DNA from: Patescibacteria group bacterium
GTDB taxonomy: Bacteria; Patescibacteriota; Minisyncoccia; Phycocordibacterales; VMEP01
Direction of reading: 5' to 3'
Assembly (NCBI GenBank): GCA_038064715.1
Contig: JBBTSJ010000037.1
Coordinates: forward strand, 1 to 52,666
Length of the DNA: 52,666 nt
Positions 1-8,087 of this stretch are shown here, piece by piece; position 1 is the stretch's first letter; the number at the start of each line of letters is the position of its first letter. Both the position numbers and the translations under genes were made by a program. The notes beneath the pieces are model-generated. The model searched no databases. It had not been told where the DNA came from and saw only the letters and a program-made list of their open reading frames with translations.

Positions 1-1
1 G

Positions 2-136
2 CACAACAACGACGGGGCTTTTATCACCGCTTTCCGCAATTACTTTGAGACAGGCACCGGACCTACGCCATATTTCGGAGCTCCGCCGTATTTGGATTAC
101 GGAGTGCTTAGGTTCAAATACGGCACGGGGTCGTAA
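2..136 (+). CDS. 3' end of an unidentified CDS entering from upstream (partial)
   Basis: Frame 2 is open from the window edge to TAA at 134-136 (..GAPPYLDYGVLRFKYGTGS*). No family recognised. Confidence 0.3.
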   Translation, partial: HNNDGAFITAFRNYFETGTGPTPYFGAPPYLDYGVLRFKYGTGS

Positions 137-195
137 ACAATTCGAGAATCAAGCCATGGACAAAACCTTACAGAGTTGATATGTTCATTGTTCGG

Positions 196-342
196 TACAC
201 CCACACACTAATTTTGATGCCGTTTTTTGCTTTTTCAAAAAAATATCTATCTGCCTGTGATTTTCTAGCGGCAGGGATAATGTTTTTCCCAAAGTCTTGA
301 GGCAAAACAAAAAAGTAGCGTCAAATTTAGTGTTCGGGTATA
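196..342. repeat. Long imperfect inverted repeat / MITE-like element, copy 1
   Basis: Arms 196-236 and 303-342 are largely complementary (e.g. 205-220 acactaattttgatgc vs 318-333 gcgtcaaatttagtgt). The right end gtgttcgggtat (330-341) and an internal tttttc..caaag..aggcaaaa block recur in the 3068-3193 element. Confidence 0.45.
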
Positions 343-377
343 TTAAGCGGAGCTAGTTAACATGTGCGGAGGTGCAA

Positions 378-569
378 ATGATTACCCTGATTGGTTGCCA
401 GCCAGAAATTGTTATAGTGAATGGCCTTGAGGTCACAGTGCCTCTCAAAGACGGAGAAGAAGTCAAAAAATTTCTTGAGGCGGTAAGCGAGGCGCGAAAA
501 ACCCCCGCCGAACGCTACCAAGAATACGGCCTAATCCACGGATGCTTCGGACAACCGATATCAGAATAA
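378..569 (+). CDS. Small hypothetical protein (63 aa)
   Basis: ATG at 378 sits 5 nt after GGAGG (368-372); the ORF track starts at GTG 372. An intrinsic terminator follows. No family recognised. Confidence 0.5.
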   Translation: MITLIGCQPEIVIVNGLEVTVPLKDGEEVKKFLEAVSEARKTPAERYQEYGLIHGCFGQPISE

Positions 570-586
570 TTTGTCACGGACAATAG

Positions 587-619
587 CCCCTCCTCGCTAG
601 CGAGGAGGGGCGTTTTTTT
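587..619 (+). terminator. Rho-independent terminator
   Basis: Perfect 10-bp GC-rich stem cccctcctcg / cgaggagggg with loop ctag, followed by cgTTTTTTT. Confidence 0.8.
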
Positions 620-705
620 ATACCGACCCGTATGATAGTATTGGCGTATTAATTTGATACGCGTCCCGTAGTGAAAATGGCGGAGGAAGTTATTTAAGAA
701 TCAAG

Positions 706-1833
706 ATGTCAAAATTAGCAAATTTAATAAATATTAAAAAGGTCGCTGCTCCGTTAGGAGCGATGCCATTTTCTACTACCGGGATGAAAAAAATACTAAT
801 TTTAGGAGTCAATGGTTTTATCGGGCACCACCTCTCAAAGAGAATTTTGGAAAAAACCGAGTGGGAAATTTGGGGGCTTGACCGCGAGAGAGACCGCGTT
901 AAACCTTTTCTCAAAAACAAGCGATTCCATTTTCATAAAGGGGATATAACCAAAGACTTGTCTTGGATTAAAAATGCCATTAAAAAATGCGACGTTGTTT
1001 TGCCCCTTGTCGCGATTGCGACCCCGATGAGCTATGTTAAGGAGCCGTTGAAAACATTTGAGCTTGATTTTGAAGCCAATTTGCCTATTGTGCGCATGGT
1101 GGCCAACCACAAGAAGCGCCTCTTGTTTCCGTCAACCTCCGAAGTTTACGGTATGAGCGCCGACCGTTATTTCCACCCTTATGAATCGAATCTCGTTTTA
1201 GGCCCGATTGATAGAGAGCGTTGGATATACTCCGCTTCAAAGCAACTGATGGACCGCGTCATTTGGGCTTTGGGCCATGAAAGGGGACTTGATTTTACGC
1301 TCTTTCGTCCCTTCAACTGGATTGGTTCGGGACTCGACCGGCTGTCCGAGAAAAAAGAAGGCGGGTCCCGCGTGATAACTCAATTTTTGGGAAACATGGT
1401 GCGGGGGGAGCCGATAAAACTGGTTGACGGCGGGCGGCAGAAAAGGTCGTTTACTTATATTGATGACGGTATTGACGCCCTCATGAAAATTATTGAGAAC
1501 AAAAACGGAATTGCCAGCGGTAAAATTTATAATATTGGCAATCCGGAAAATAATTGGTCCATAAAGCGGTTGGCGAAAGAAATGAGAAGTGTCGCTCTAT
1601 GTTATCCGGAATACAAAAAACAGGCGAAGAAGTGCAAAATTATTGTTTCGAGTATTGAGCATTTCTACGGCAAGGGATATCAGGATGTAAAAAACCGGGT
1701 TCCGTATATAGGCAACACGACGAAAGAACTGGGATGGAAGCCCAAAGTTTCCATGGAGACGGCATTAAGGCGAATAATGATTGCTTATCGCAGCGAAGTT
1801 AAAGAAGCTCAAAAATTAGTTGATGTGAAATAA
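706..1833 (+). CDS. UDP-glucuronate oxidative decarboxylase of the ArnA C-terminal-domain type (extended SDR)
   Basis: Near-collinear motif agreement with my memory of the E. coli ArnA dehydrogenase domain: GVNGFIGHHL, CDVVLPLVAIATP, FPSTSEVYGM, RWIYSASKQLMDRVIWA, FTLFRPFNW, YGKGYQDV. The Rossmann fold begins at MKKILILG, so ATG 784 is an alternative start. Confidence 0.88.
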   Translation: MSKLANLINIKKVAAPLGAMPFSTTGMKKILILGVNGFIGHHLSKRILEKTEWEIWGLDRERDRVKPFLKNKRFHFHKGDITKDLSWIKNAIKKCDVVLPLVAIATPMSYVKEPLKTFELDFEANLPIVRMVANHKKRLLFPSTSEVYGMSADRYFHPYESNLVLGPIDRERWIYSASKQLMDRVIWALGHERGLDFTLFRPFNWIGSGLDRLSEKKEGGSRVITQFLGNMVRGEPIKLVDGGRQKRSFTYIDDGIDALMKIIENKNGIASGKIYNIGNPENNWSIKRLAKEMRSVALCYPEYKKQAKKCKIIVSSIEHFYGKGYQDVKNRVPYIGNTTKELGWKPKVSMETALRRIMIAYRSEVKEAQKLVDVK

Positions 1834-1838
1834 ATAAC

Positions 1839-3023
1839 ATGGCTAAAAGAATACTTTTTTTCTCCCTGACATATTATCCGTTTATCGGAGGAGCGGAGGT
1901 GGCTATAAAAGAAGTTACCGACAGGATATCGTTGGCCGATTACAGTTTTGACATGATAACGCTCCGTTTTGATTCCGCGCTTCCCAAGTTTGAACGTTTC
2001 GGCAACGTAGATATTTTCCGCATTGGTTTTGGATATCCCGGCGCCAAGATACAGAATTTCAATAAATTTCCCTTATTTATTATGAAGTATTTATATCCGT
2101 TTTGGGCGCTCGCCTACGCAGTTATTTTGCACAGAAGGAAGCCTTATGACGCGATATCGACAATAATGACCGGATACGCTTCCTTTGCGGCGCTTTTCTT
2201 TAAATTTTTGTTTCCGAAAGTTCCGTATATTGTCCGCTTGGACGACGGCGACCCGTTCGAACATTACAGGGAAAAAGCGAGAATCACAGGACCGCTTTTC
2301 AAACAACTTTTTACAAAAGCCGACTTCGCCGTGTCTACCTCGACTTATCTGTCCGGGATGGCAAGAGAAATGGGATACAAAGGTGAGATAGCGATTGTTC
2401 CAAACGGAGTAAATACCGAACATTTTTCGCAAGTATATTCAAAAGAAGAACTGGACGCGCTCAAAGAGAAACTGGGCAAAAAGGATGGTGACATATATTT
2501 GGTTACCACTTCGCGTCTTGTGAAAAAGAACGCTTGTGACGATGTTGTTCGCGCATTACCGTTTTTATCGGACAATGTTAAGTTTTTGATTTTGGGCGTG
2601 GGGCCGGACGAGGGAATGTTGCGGGAACTTGCCGGTAACCTTAAGGTTGTCGGCAGAGTGATATTCCTCGGACAGATAGGTCACGCCGAGATGCCGAAAT
2701 ATTTGAAAATATCGGACGTTTATATTCGACCCTCGCTTTCGGAAGGATTCGGCATCGTGTTTGTTGAGGCTATGGTGGCGGGACTACCTGTCATCACGAC
2801 TCCCGTCGGTGGCATTACGGATTTTTTGATTGACAGAGAGACGGGGTTGTTTTGCGAAGTTCGGAATCCCGCGAGCATTGCCCAAAAAGTTAATCTGCTT
2901 ATCTCGAAGGCTTCTCTCAGAGAACATATAATAAAAGAAGGCGCGCGCATGGCCCGCGAGCGGTATGACTGGAACTTGGTCGCTAAGATGATGAAAGAAA
3001 AAGTTTTTGACAAAGTATTATGA
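1839..3023 (+). CDS. Glycosyltransferase, GT4-like (GT-B)
   Basis: C-terminal EX7E-type motif: SLSEGFGIVFVEAMVAGLPVITTPVGGITDFL. Confidence 0.9.
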   Translation: MAKRILFFSLTYYPFIGGAEVAIKEVTDRISLADYSFDMITLRFDSALPKFERFGNVDIFRIGFGYPGAKIQNFNKFPLFIMKYLYPFWALAYAVILHRRKPYDAISTIMTGYASFAALFFKFLFPKVPYIVRLDDGDPFEHYREKARITGPLFKQLFTKADFAVSTSTYLSGMAREMGYKGEIAIVPNGVNTEHFSQVYSKEELDALKEKLGKKDGDIYLVTTSRLVKKNACDDVVRALPFLSDNVKFLILGVGPDEGMLRELAGNLKVVGRVIFLGQIGHAEMPKYLKISDVYIRPSLSEGFGIVFVEAMVAGLPVITTPVGGITDFLIDRETGLFCEVRNPASIAQKVNLLISKASLREHIIKEGARMARERYDWNLVAKMMKEKVFDKVL

Positions 3024-3067
3024 AAGTGCTACTGCCTTTTTAGTTTGAAAGACCTACGCGGAGCCCC

Positions 3068-3193
3068 GAATCCGAACACTTAATGAACCTGCGGCTCTTT
3101 TTTAATCTCAAGAATCTTTCGACCCTTTTTCTTTCAAAGAGGCAAAAATGTTTGAATTTTTCCACATTTTCTAATTCTAGGGTGTTCGGATTC
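3068..3193. repeat. MITE-like element, copy 2, with perfect 12-bp terminal inverted repeats
   Basis: gaatccgaacac (3068-3079) is the exact reverse complement of gtgttcggattc (3182-3193). The internal block ctttttctttcaaagaggcaaaa resembles 285-308 of copy 1. Confidence 0.5.
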
Positions 3194-3278
3194 AAAGGTA
3201 AATCTGCTAGACTGTTTTTCGTTCTTCACAATCCTTTAGAGCTACCATTTTGGGCGCTTGAGGGTTTACCGACATTGA

Positions 3279-3566
3279 AAGGACAATACGGAAATATTTG
3301 ATACCTTTTTTGGTCCAACAATCGACTTCCTTGCGCACCCTCTCATAACGAAGGATGGCATAAAAAGACAAGAAAAAAAGTGGCGCAGAAAAGCCATCCG
3401 ACTGGGAGCAACAGACATTATTGTTCGTTATGATACTTTCGAAATGGAGAGTATCCCGTACTTCGTTATGCCTAACGAGAACGTAGACGATGTTTGCGCG
3501 AGGATTACTTCCGCGAGCGCGCATTCTGTGGGTCGTGTGACAAAAATCACCAACACGACCAACTGA
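3279..3566 (+). pseudogene. Possible 3' gene remnant or a 40-codon small ORF (ATG 3444)
   Basis: The frame is open 3279-3566 and reads protein-like (..IVRYDTFEMESIPYFVMPNENVDDVCARITSASAHSVGRVTKITNTTN*). The only ATG is at 3444. A hairpin plus T-run follows at 3583-3626. Confidence 0.25.
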
Positions 3567-3582
3567 AACCTTTAGCACCCAA

Positions 3583-3626
3583 GGCGTGTTGTATGGTAGT
3601 GATACCAAAGCGACACGCCTTTTTTG
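3583..3626 (+). terminator. Probable rho-independent terminator
   Basis: ggcgtgt..tggta gtga tacca..acacgcc hairpin followed by TTTTTTGTTT. Confidence 0.6.
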
Positions 3627-3705
3627 TTTGATTGTCAAAAAACTAGAAACACGATTTTTTGACAAAAACTGTCGGATAAAGTAAATTGTTGTCACACTAC
3701 ACACT

Positions 3706-4659
3706 ATGAAAATCCTTGTTACAGGCGTTGCCGGAGCGATAGGTTCGCATGTCGCGGAAAGACTTGCTCAAATGGGACATGATGTCGTAGGGGTTGATTC
3801 CCTGACGGATTACTACCATCGCGCGATCAAAGAAACAAACCTTTCCGACGTTAGAGAAAGCGGCGTAAAAGTTTTTTTGAGCGATCTCTCCGTGGATGAT
3901 ATTTCGGAAACCATGCCAGACATAGAGGTTATATATCATTTTGCCGCGCAGCCCGGTATTTCCGCCTCCACGGGTTTTGACCTTTACATAAAAAACAACA
4001 TAATAGCGACCCACCGTCTTCTTGAGAAAGCTATGGAACTTTCCGCGCTTAAGGTATTTGTTCATATATCAACCTCTTCCGTATATGGCGCGAGAGCGCA
4101 AGGTGACGAAACCACCGAACCAAAACCCACTTCCTATTATGGAGTAACAAAACTCGCGGCGGAGCAACTGGCTATGTCTTACCACAGGGAACTTAATCTT
4201 CCGGTTACGGTGCTTAGGCTGTTTTCGGTATACGGAGAGCGCGAGAGGCCGGAAAAGCTGTATCACAAACTTATAAAAAGCATTCTTGAAGAAAAAACAT
4301 TCCCGCTTCACGAGGGAAGCGAGCATCACATTAGAAGCTATACGCACATTGAAGATATTGTGGACGCGTGTGTTTTGGTGCTTGATAATTTTGATAAGGC
4401 CATCGGAGAAATTTTTAACATAGGAAACGATAAGACAATCACGACCGGCGAAGGCATAAGCGTCCTGGAAGAAATTCTCGGGAAGAAAGCGAATTTGGTT
4501 ATTATGCCAAGAAGAACCGGAGACCAGACGGAAACAGCGGCCAATATTAAAAAAGCCAGAGAAATATTCGGTTATAATCCCAAAATAAACATTTCGGAAG
4601 GCTTGTCTCGGCAGGTTAAATGGCACAAAGACAAGCTGCACAATAAAATTGAATATTAA
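3706..4659 (+). CDS. NAD-dependent sugar-nucleotide epimerase/dehydratase (extended SDR)
   Basis: N-terminal GVAGAIGSH Rossmann motif, catalytic YYGVTKLAAE (YxxxK), ~317 aa. Confidence 0.88.
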   Translation: MKILVTGVAGAIGSHVAERLAQMGHDVVGVDSLTDYYHRAIKETNLSDVRESGVKVFLSDLSVDDISETMPDIEVIYHFAAQPGISASTGFDLYIKNNIIATHRLLEKAMELSALKVFVHISTSSVYGARAQGDETTEPKPTSYYGVTKLAAEQLAMSYHRELNLPVTVLRLFSVYGERERPEKLYHKLIKSILEEKTFPLHEGSEHHIRSYTHIEDIVDACVLVLDNFDKAIGEIFNIGNDKTITTGEGISVLEEILGKKANLVIMPRRTGDQTETAANIKKAREIFGYNPKINISEGLSRQVKWHKDKLHNKIEY

Positions 4660-4682
4660 TACTTGCTCGAGTATTAATTGCC

Positions 4683-5786
4683 ATGAAAATACTAATTACT
4701 ACAGGTATTTATCCGCCGTCAATTGGCGGACCGGCTACCTATTCAAAAATTCTTTTTGAAGAATTGCCGAAACGAGGGATAGAGACTACCATCCTTTCTT
4801 TCGACGAGGTTCGGTCTTTGCCGAAGATAATTCGGCACGCGGTTTATTTTTTAAAGATATTTGGACGAAGCCGCGGATGTGGCATTATTTACGCCCAGGA
4901 TCCCGTTTCGGTCGGGTTGCCGTCTTTTTTTGCCGCGAAAATCCTTAGGAAAAATTTTTTGCTTAGAGTCGCCGGAGACTATGCCTGGGAGCAGGGAATA
5001 CAGCGTTTTGGGGTGGTTGAAATGTTGGACGATTTTGTTAAAAAACTGGCAGGGCAGTACAAGCTGCCGGTCAGATTTTTGCGTTACATAGAATACTTTG
5101 TCGCGCGTCACGCCGAACGCGTGATTGTTCCAAGCAAATACTTGAAAAAAATCGTTACCGGCTGGGGGGTGCCAGTAGAGAAAATTACCGTTATAAACAA
5201 CGCCTTTGAGGGTGTTCCCCGGGAAGCAACCAGCGACCGTCCGAAGATGCTCTTGAGCGGAAAGACGATAGTGTCAGCCGGCCGGCTTGTGCCGTGGAAG
5301 GGTTTTTTGGTTTTAGTTGAGATGATGCTTGAGTCCGTTAAAAAATTTCCCGACCTCAAGTTATATATAATAGGCGACGGACCGGACAGAGAACTGCTTG
5401 AAAGGCGAATTAAACTGCTGGAACTTAATCGCAATGTTTTTTTGTTGGGCAAAGTTTCGCAGGCGGCTCTCTTTGATTACGTGGGACAGGCGAGCGCGTT
5501 TGTTCTTAACACGGGATACGAAGGGTTTCCGCACCAAATTCTGGAGGCCCTTTCTTTGGGTACTCCGGTCGTGACTACCGATATAGGTGGGAACCAAGAC
5601 ATGATGAGGCACGGCGAGAATGGTTTTCTTGTGCCATACAACGACAAGCAAGCGCTTGCCGCGGCTGTTGAGAAAATACTTCGCGACGAGGAATTGGCTA
5701 GGAGGTTTAAAGAAAACGGAAGGGTTACTGTCGCCAAGTTTACGAAAGAAAGAATGATTAACTCGTTGATTAAAGTTATGGAATGA
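4683..5786 (+). CDS. Glycosyltransferase, GT4-like
   Basis: YEGFPHQILEALSLGTPVVTTDIGGNQDMM motif, GT-B length. Confidence 0.9.
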   Translation: MKILITTGIYPPSIGGPATYSKILFEELPKRGIETTILSFDEVRSLPKIIRHAVYFLKIFGRSRGCGIIYAQDPVSVGLPSFFAAKILRKNFLLRVAGDYAWEQGIQRFGVVEMLDDFVKKLAGQYKLPVRFLRYIEYFVARHAERVIVPSKYLKKIVTGWGVPVEKITVINNAFEGVPREATSDRPKMLLSGKTIVSAGRLVPWKGFLVLVEMMLESVKKFPDLKLYIIGDGPDRELLERRIKLLELNRNVFLLGKVSQAALFDYVGQASAFVLNTGYEGFPHQILEALSLGTPVVTTDIGGNQDMMRHGENGFLVPYNDKQALAAAVEKILRDEELARRFKENGRVTVAKFTKERMINSLIKVME

Positions 5787-5816
5787 GCGCTAGGCGTATG
5801 GTTTTTGAGCTTTAAC

Positions 5817-5837
5817 CTAAACGCTAAACGCTAAATG
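5817..5837 (+). repeat. Heptanucleotide tract (ctaaacg) x3
   Basis: ctaaacg ctaaacg ctaaatg. The last unit contains the ATG at 5835. Confidence 0.8.
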
Positions 5838-7007
5838 CTTATGAAAGTCCTGATGATTTCAACCGACAGTAAAATATTGGATAGTGGGAGCGCGGTTAGG
5901 ACGCGGATGGTTTGGTATGGCGCCTCTTGCGAGGAGTTGCATATTATTGTCACGAAACACGAATCACGAAACACCCCGAGTAGCAGAGCAAAGCTCGCTA
6001 CGGGGCAGGCGAAACACGAAACAAAAATACAAGTTGCGGAAAATGTTTTTGCATATCCCGCAACCGCGTCAAATAAAATTCTCGCGCTATTCCGCGCATA
6101 CCATATTGGTGTCTCAACTTTCAACTTTCAACTTTCAACTTTCAACTGGTTGGTGACTTCCCAAGATCCTTTTGAAACCGGATTTATCGGCTGGCTTATT
6201 GCCAAAAAAATAAAAGCTAAATTGCAGCTCCAAGTTCACACGGATTTTCTAAGCCCGTATTTTATTAATGGAGATTTTTTAAATAGAATCCGTATTTTAT
6301 TGGCGCGCTTTCTTTTGCCCAAAGCCGACAGTATCCGCGTCGTTTCTCGTCGTATTGCGGATTCTCTAAACGCTAAACGCTATACGCTCAACGCTGTGCC
6401 AAAAATTTTGCCCATTTTCGTTGATATAGAGAAAATCCGCGGAACAGCTCCGACAATTGATTTGCGCAAAAAATATCCGCAATTTGATTTTCTGGTTCTT
6501 ACGACGTCGCGACTGACCCGCGAAAAAAATATTGAATTAGCAATTGAAGCCATGCGCGAAGTGGCAAAAAAATATCCGCGCGCCGGGTTGATCATTGTCG
6601 GTTCCGGTCCGGAGAAGTCTAACTTAAAACTAAAAACTGAAAACTTAAAACTTGCCGACAACGTCATTTTTGAAGAATGGTCAGACGACATCGTTTCATA
6701 CATGAAAACCGCGGATGTATTTTTGAACACTTCAAACTACGAAGGATTCGGCATGTCGCTTGTGGAAGCGGCCGCCTCCGGTTGCCCGATTGTTTCTACC
6801 GACGTCGGTATTGTTGGCGACATTCTTCGCCCGGAAGATGTTTTGGTTTGCTCGGCTCCCGACGCCGGTTGCATTTCGGACCAATTGAAGCGTATTATAC
6901 GTTTCCCGGAGCTACGCAGAGAACTTTCTCTAAAGGCCCAAACTTCAATCGAGGCGCTTGTAACAAGCAAAGAAGAGTATTTACTCAAGATAGGCGAATC
7001 GTGGTGA
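5835..7007 (+). CDS. Glycosyltransferase, GT4-like, carrying several heptanucleotide tracts
   Basis: NYEGFGMSLVEAAASGCPIVSTDVG motif. N-terminus MKVLMISTD suggests ATG 5841 as an alternative start. Confidence 0.85.
   Translation: MLMKVLMISTDSKILDSGSAVRTRMVWYGASCEELHIIVTKHESRNTPSSRAKLATGQAKHETKIQVAENVFAYPATASNKILALFRAYHIGVSTFNFQLSTFNWLVTSQDPFETGFIGWLIAKKIKAKLQLQVHTDFLSPYFINGDFLNRIRILLARFLLPKADSIRVVSRRIADSLNAKRYTLNAVPKILPIFVDIEKIRGTAPTIDLRKKYPQFDFLVLTTSRLTREKNIELAIEAMREVAKKYPRAGLIIVGSGPEKSNLKLKTENLKLADNVIFEEWSDDIVSYMKTADVFLNTSNYEGFGMSLVEAAASGCPIVSTDVGIVGDILRPEDVLVCSAPDAGCISDQLKRIIRFPELRRELSLKAQTSIEALVTSKEEYLLKIGESW
5951..5974 (+). repeat. Heptanucleotide tract (cacgaaa) x3.4, inside the CDS
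   Basis: cacgaaa cacgaat cacgaaa cac. Related gaaacac gaaacaa recurs at 6011-6024. Confidence 0.8.
5974..6005 (+). repeat. Imperfect palindrome (13-bp stem) embedded in-frame in the GT gene
   Basis: ccccg(ag)tagc(a)gagc aaa gctc gcta cgggg, flanked on both sides by cacgaaa-type direct repeats. Confidence 0.7.
6114..6148 (+). repeat. Heptanucleotide tract (tcaactt) x5, inside the CDS
   Basis: Four perfect tcaactt units plus tcaactg. Encodes STFNFQLSTFN. Confidence 0.85.
6366..6393 (+). repeat. Heptanucleotide tract (ctaaacg-type) x4, inside the CDS
   Basis: ctaaacg ctaaacg ctatacg ctcaacg, the same unit as at 5817-5837. Confidence 0.8.
6621..6655 (+). repeat. Heptanucleotide tract (aacttaa-type) x5, inside the CDS
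   Basis: aacttaa aactaaa aactgaa aacttaa aacttgc. Confidence 0.75.
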
Positions 7008-7063
7008 AAATACGCCTGATTTGATATACTTTTCGGGCTTATAAAAGTCAATTTTGTCACTAT

Positions 7064-8071
7064 ATGTCAAGAACTATAAATAAATACAAAAAGATTTTAA
7101 TAACAGGAACAGCCGGATTTATAGGTTTTCACCTTGCCAAGGAGTTGCTTAAGAATAAAAATTGCAAGATTATTGGCGTTGACATCATGACGGATTATTA
7201 TGATGTTCGGATGAAGCAAAAGCGCAACGAGATTTTAAAAAGATACCCTAATTACAGGTTCTACAAAACCAACGTCGCTGACTATAAAAAATTTGAGAGT
7301 ATCGTTAAGAAGGAAAAACCGGACATTATTATCCATTTGGCCGCGCAAGCCGGAGTCAGATATTCTCTAGTCAACCCATGGCCTTATGCGGAATCAAATT
7401 ATTTGGCCACACTTAATGTTCTTGAGTCCGCGAAAAGGCACGGTATCAAAAGGGTGTTGGTAGCATCATCTGGCTCTGTGTATGGGAAAAATGAAAAAAT
7501 GCCATTTTCCGAAAAACATGCCACAGATCATCCAATATCAATCTATGGGGCGTCAAAAAAAGCAAGCGAGCTTCTCGCTCATTCGTACCACCATCTTTAC
7601 GGCATCGAGGTGGGTTTGATGAGGTTTTTTACCGCGTATGGTGAATACGGAAGACCCGACCTGGCTCTTTTCAAATTTGTTAAAAGTATAATTACCGATA
7701 AACCAATTTATGTATATAACAACGGCAAAATGACCAGAACATTCACTCATATAAGCGATATAATCTCTGGGATAATAAATTTGGCCAACAAAAAAGAACT
7801 CTCTTGCGATATATATAATTTTAGCGGTAATAACCCGATAAAATTATTGGATTTCATTAAACTTATTGAAAACAGTCTTGACAAAAAAGCAACAATTAAT
7901 TTTTTACCCATGCAGCCGGGTGACGTAAAAGAAGCCCTTGTGGACATCTCTAAGGCGAGGAAAGAGCTTAACTATAATCCGAAAGTAAGCATTGAAGAGG
8001 GCATAGACAAGTTTACAAGGTGGTTTTTGAATAATAAAAATTGGCTCCTTCCGCTTAAAGATTCGGATTGA
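7064..8071 (+). CDS. UDP-glucuronate 4-epimerase-like NAD-dependent epimerase
   Basis: GTAGFIGFHLAKELL, MTDYYDVRMKQKRNEIL (the typical xDYYDxxLK segment of GlcA epimerases), YGASKKASE (YxxxK). Confidence 0.85.
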   Translation: MSRTINKYKKILITGTAGFIGFHLAKELLKNKNCKIIGVDIMTDYYDVRMKQKRNEILKRYPNYRFYKTNVADYKKFESIVKKEKPDIIIHLAAQAGVRYSLVNPWPYAESNYLATLNVLESAKRHGIKRVLVASSGSVYGKNEKMPFSEKHATDHPISIYGASKKASELLAHSYHHLYGIEVGLMRFFTAYGEYGRPDLALFKFVKSIITDKPIYVYNNGKMTRTFTHISDIISGIINLANKKELSCDIYNFSGNNPIKLLDFIKLIENSLDKKATINFLPMQPGDVKEALVDISKARKELNYNPKVSIEEGIDKFTRWFLNNKNWLLPLKDSD

Positions 8072-8087
8072 GCGTTTTGTAAAATTT

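Noticed and set aside
3060-3200. tRNA-like T-arm (gttcggattc / ccgaatccgaac)
   Set aside because: No acceptor, D or anticodon arms can be drawn. The two motifs are the inverted termini of the MITE-like element. I found no convincing tRNA or rRNA anywhere in the window; tRNAscan-SE and barrnap would confirm this.
3207-3704. 165-aa minus-strand ORF and the 3083-3301 plus-strand ORF
   Set aside because: The translations are low-complexity and Cys/Arg/Phe-rich with no motif. They span the MITE-like element and a terminator, and most likely are chance ORFs in a non-coding gap.
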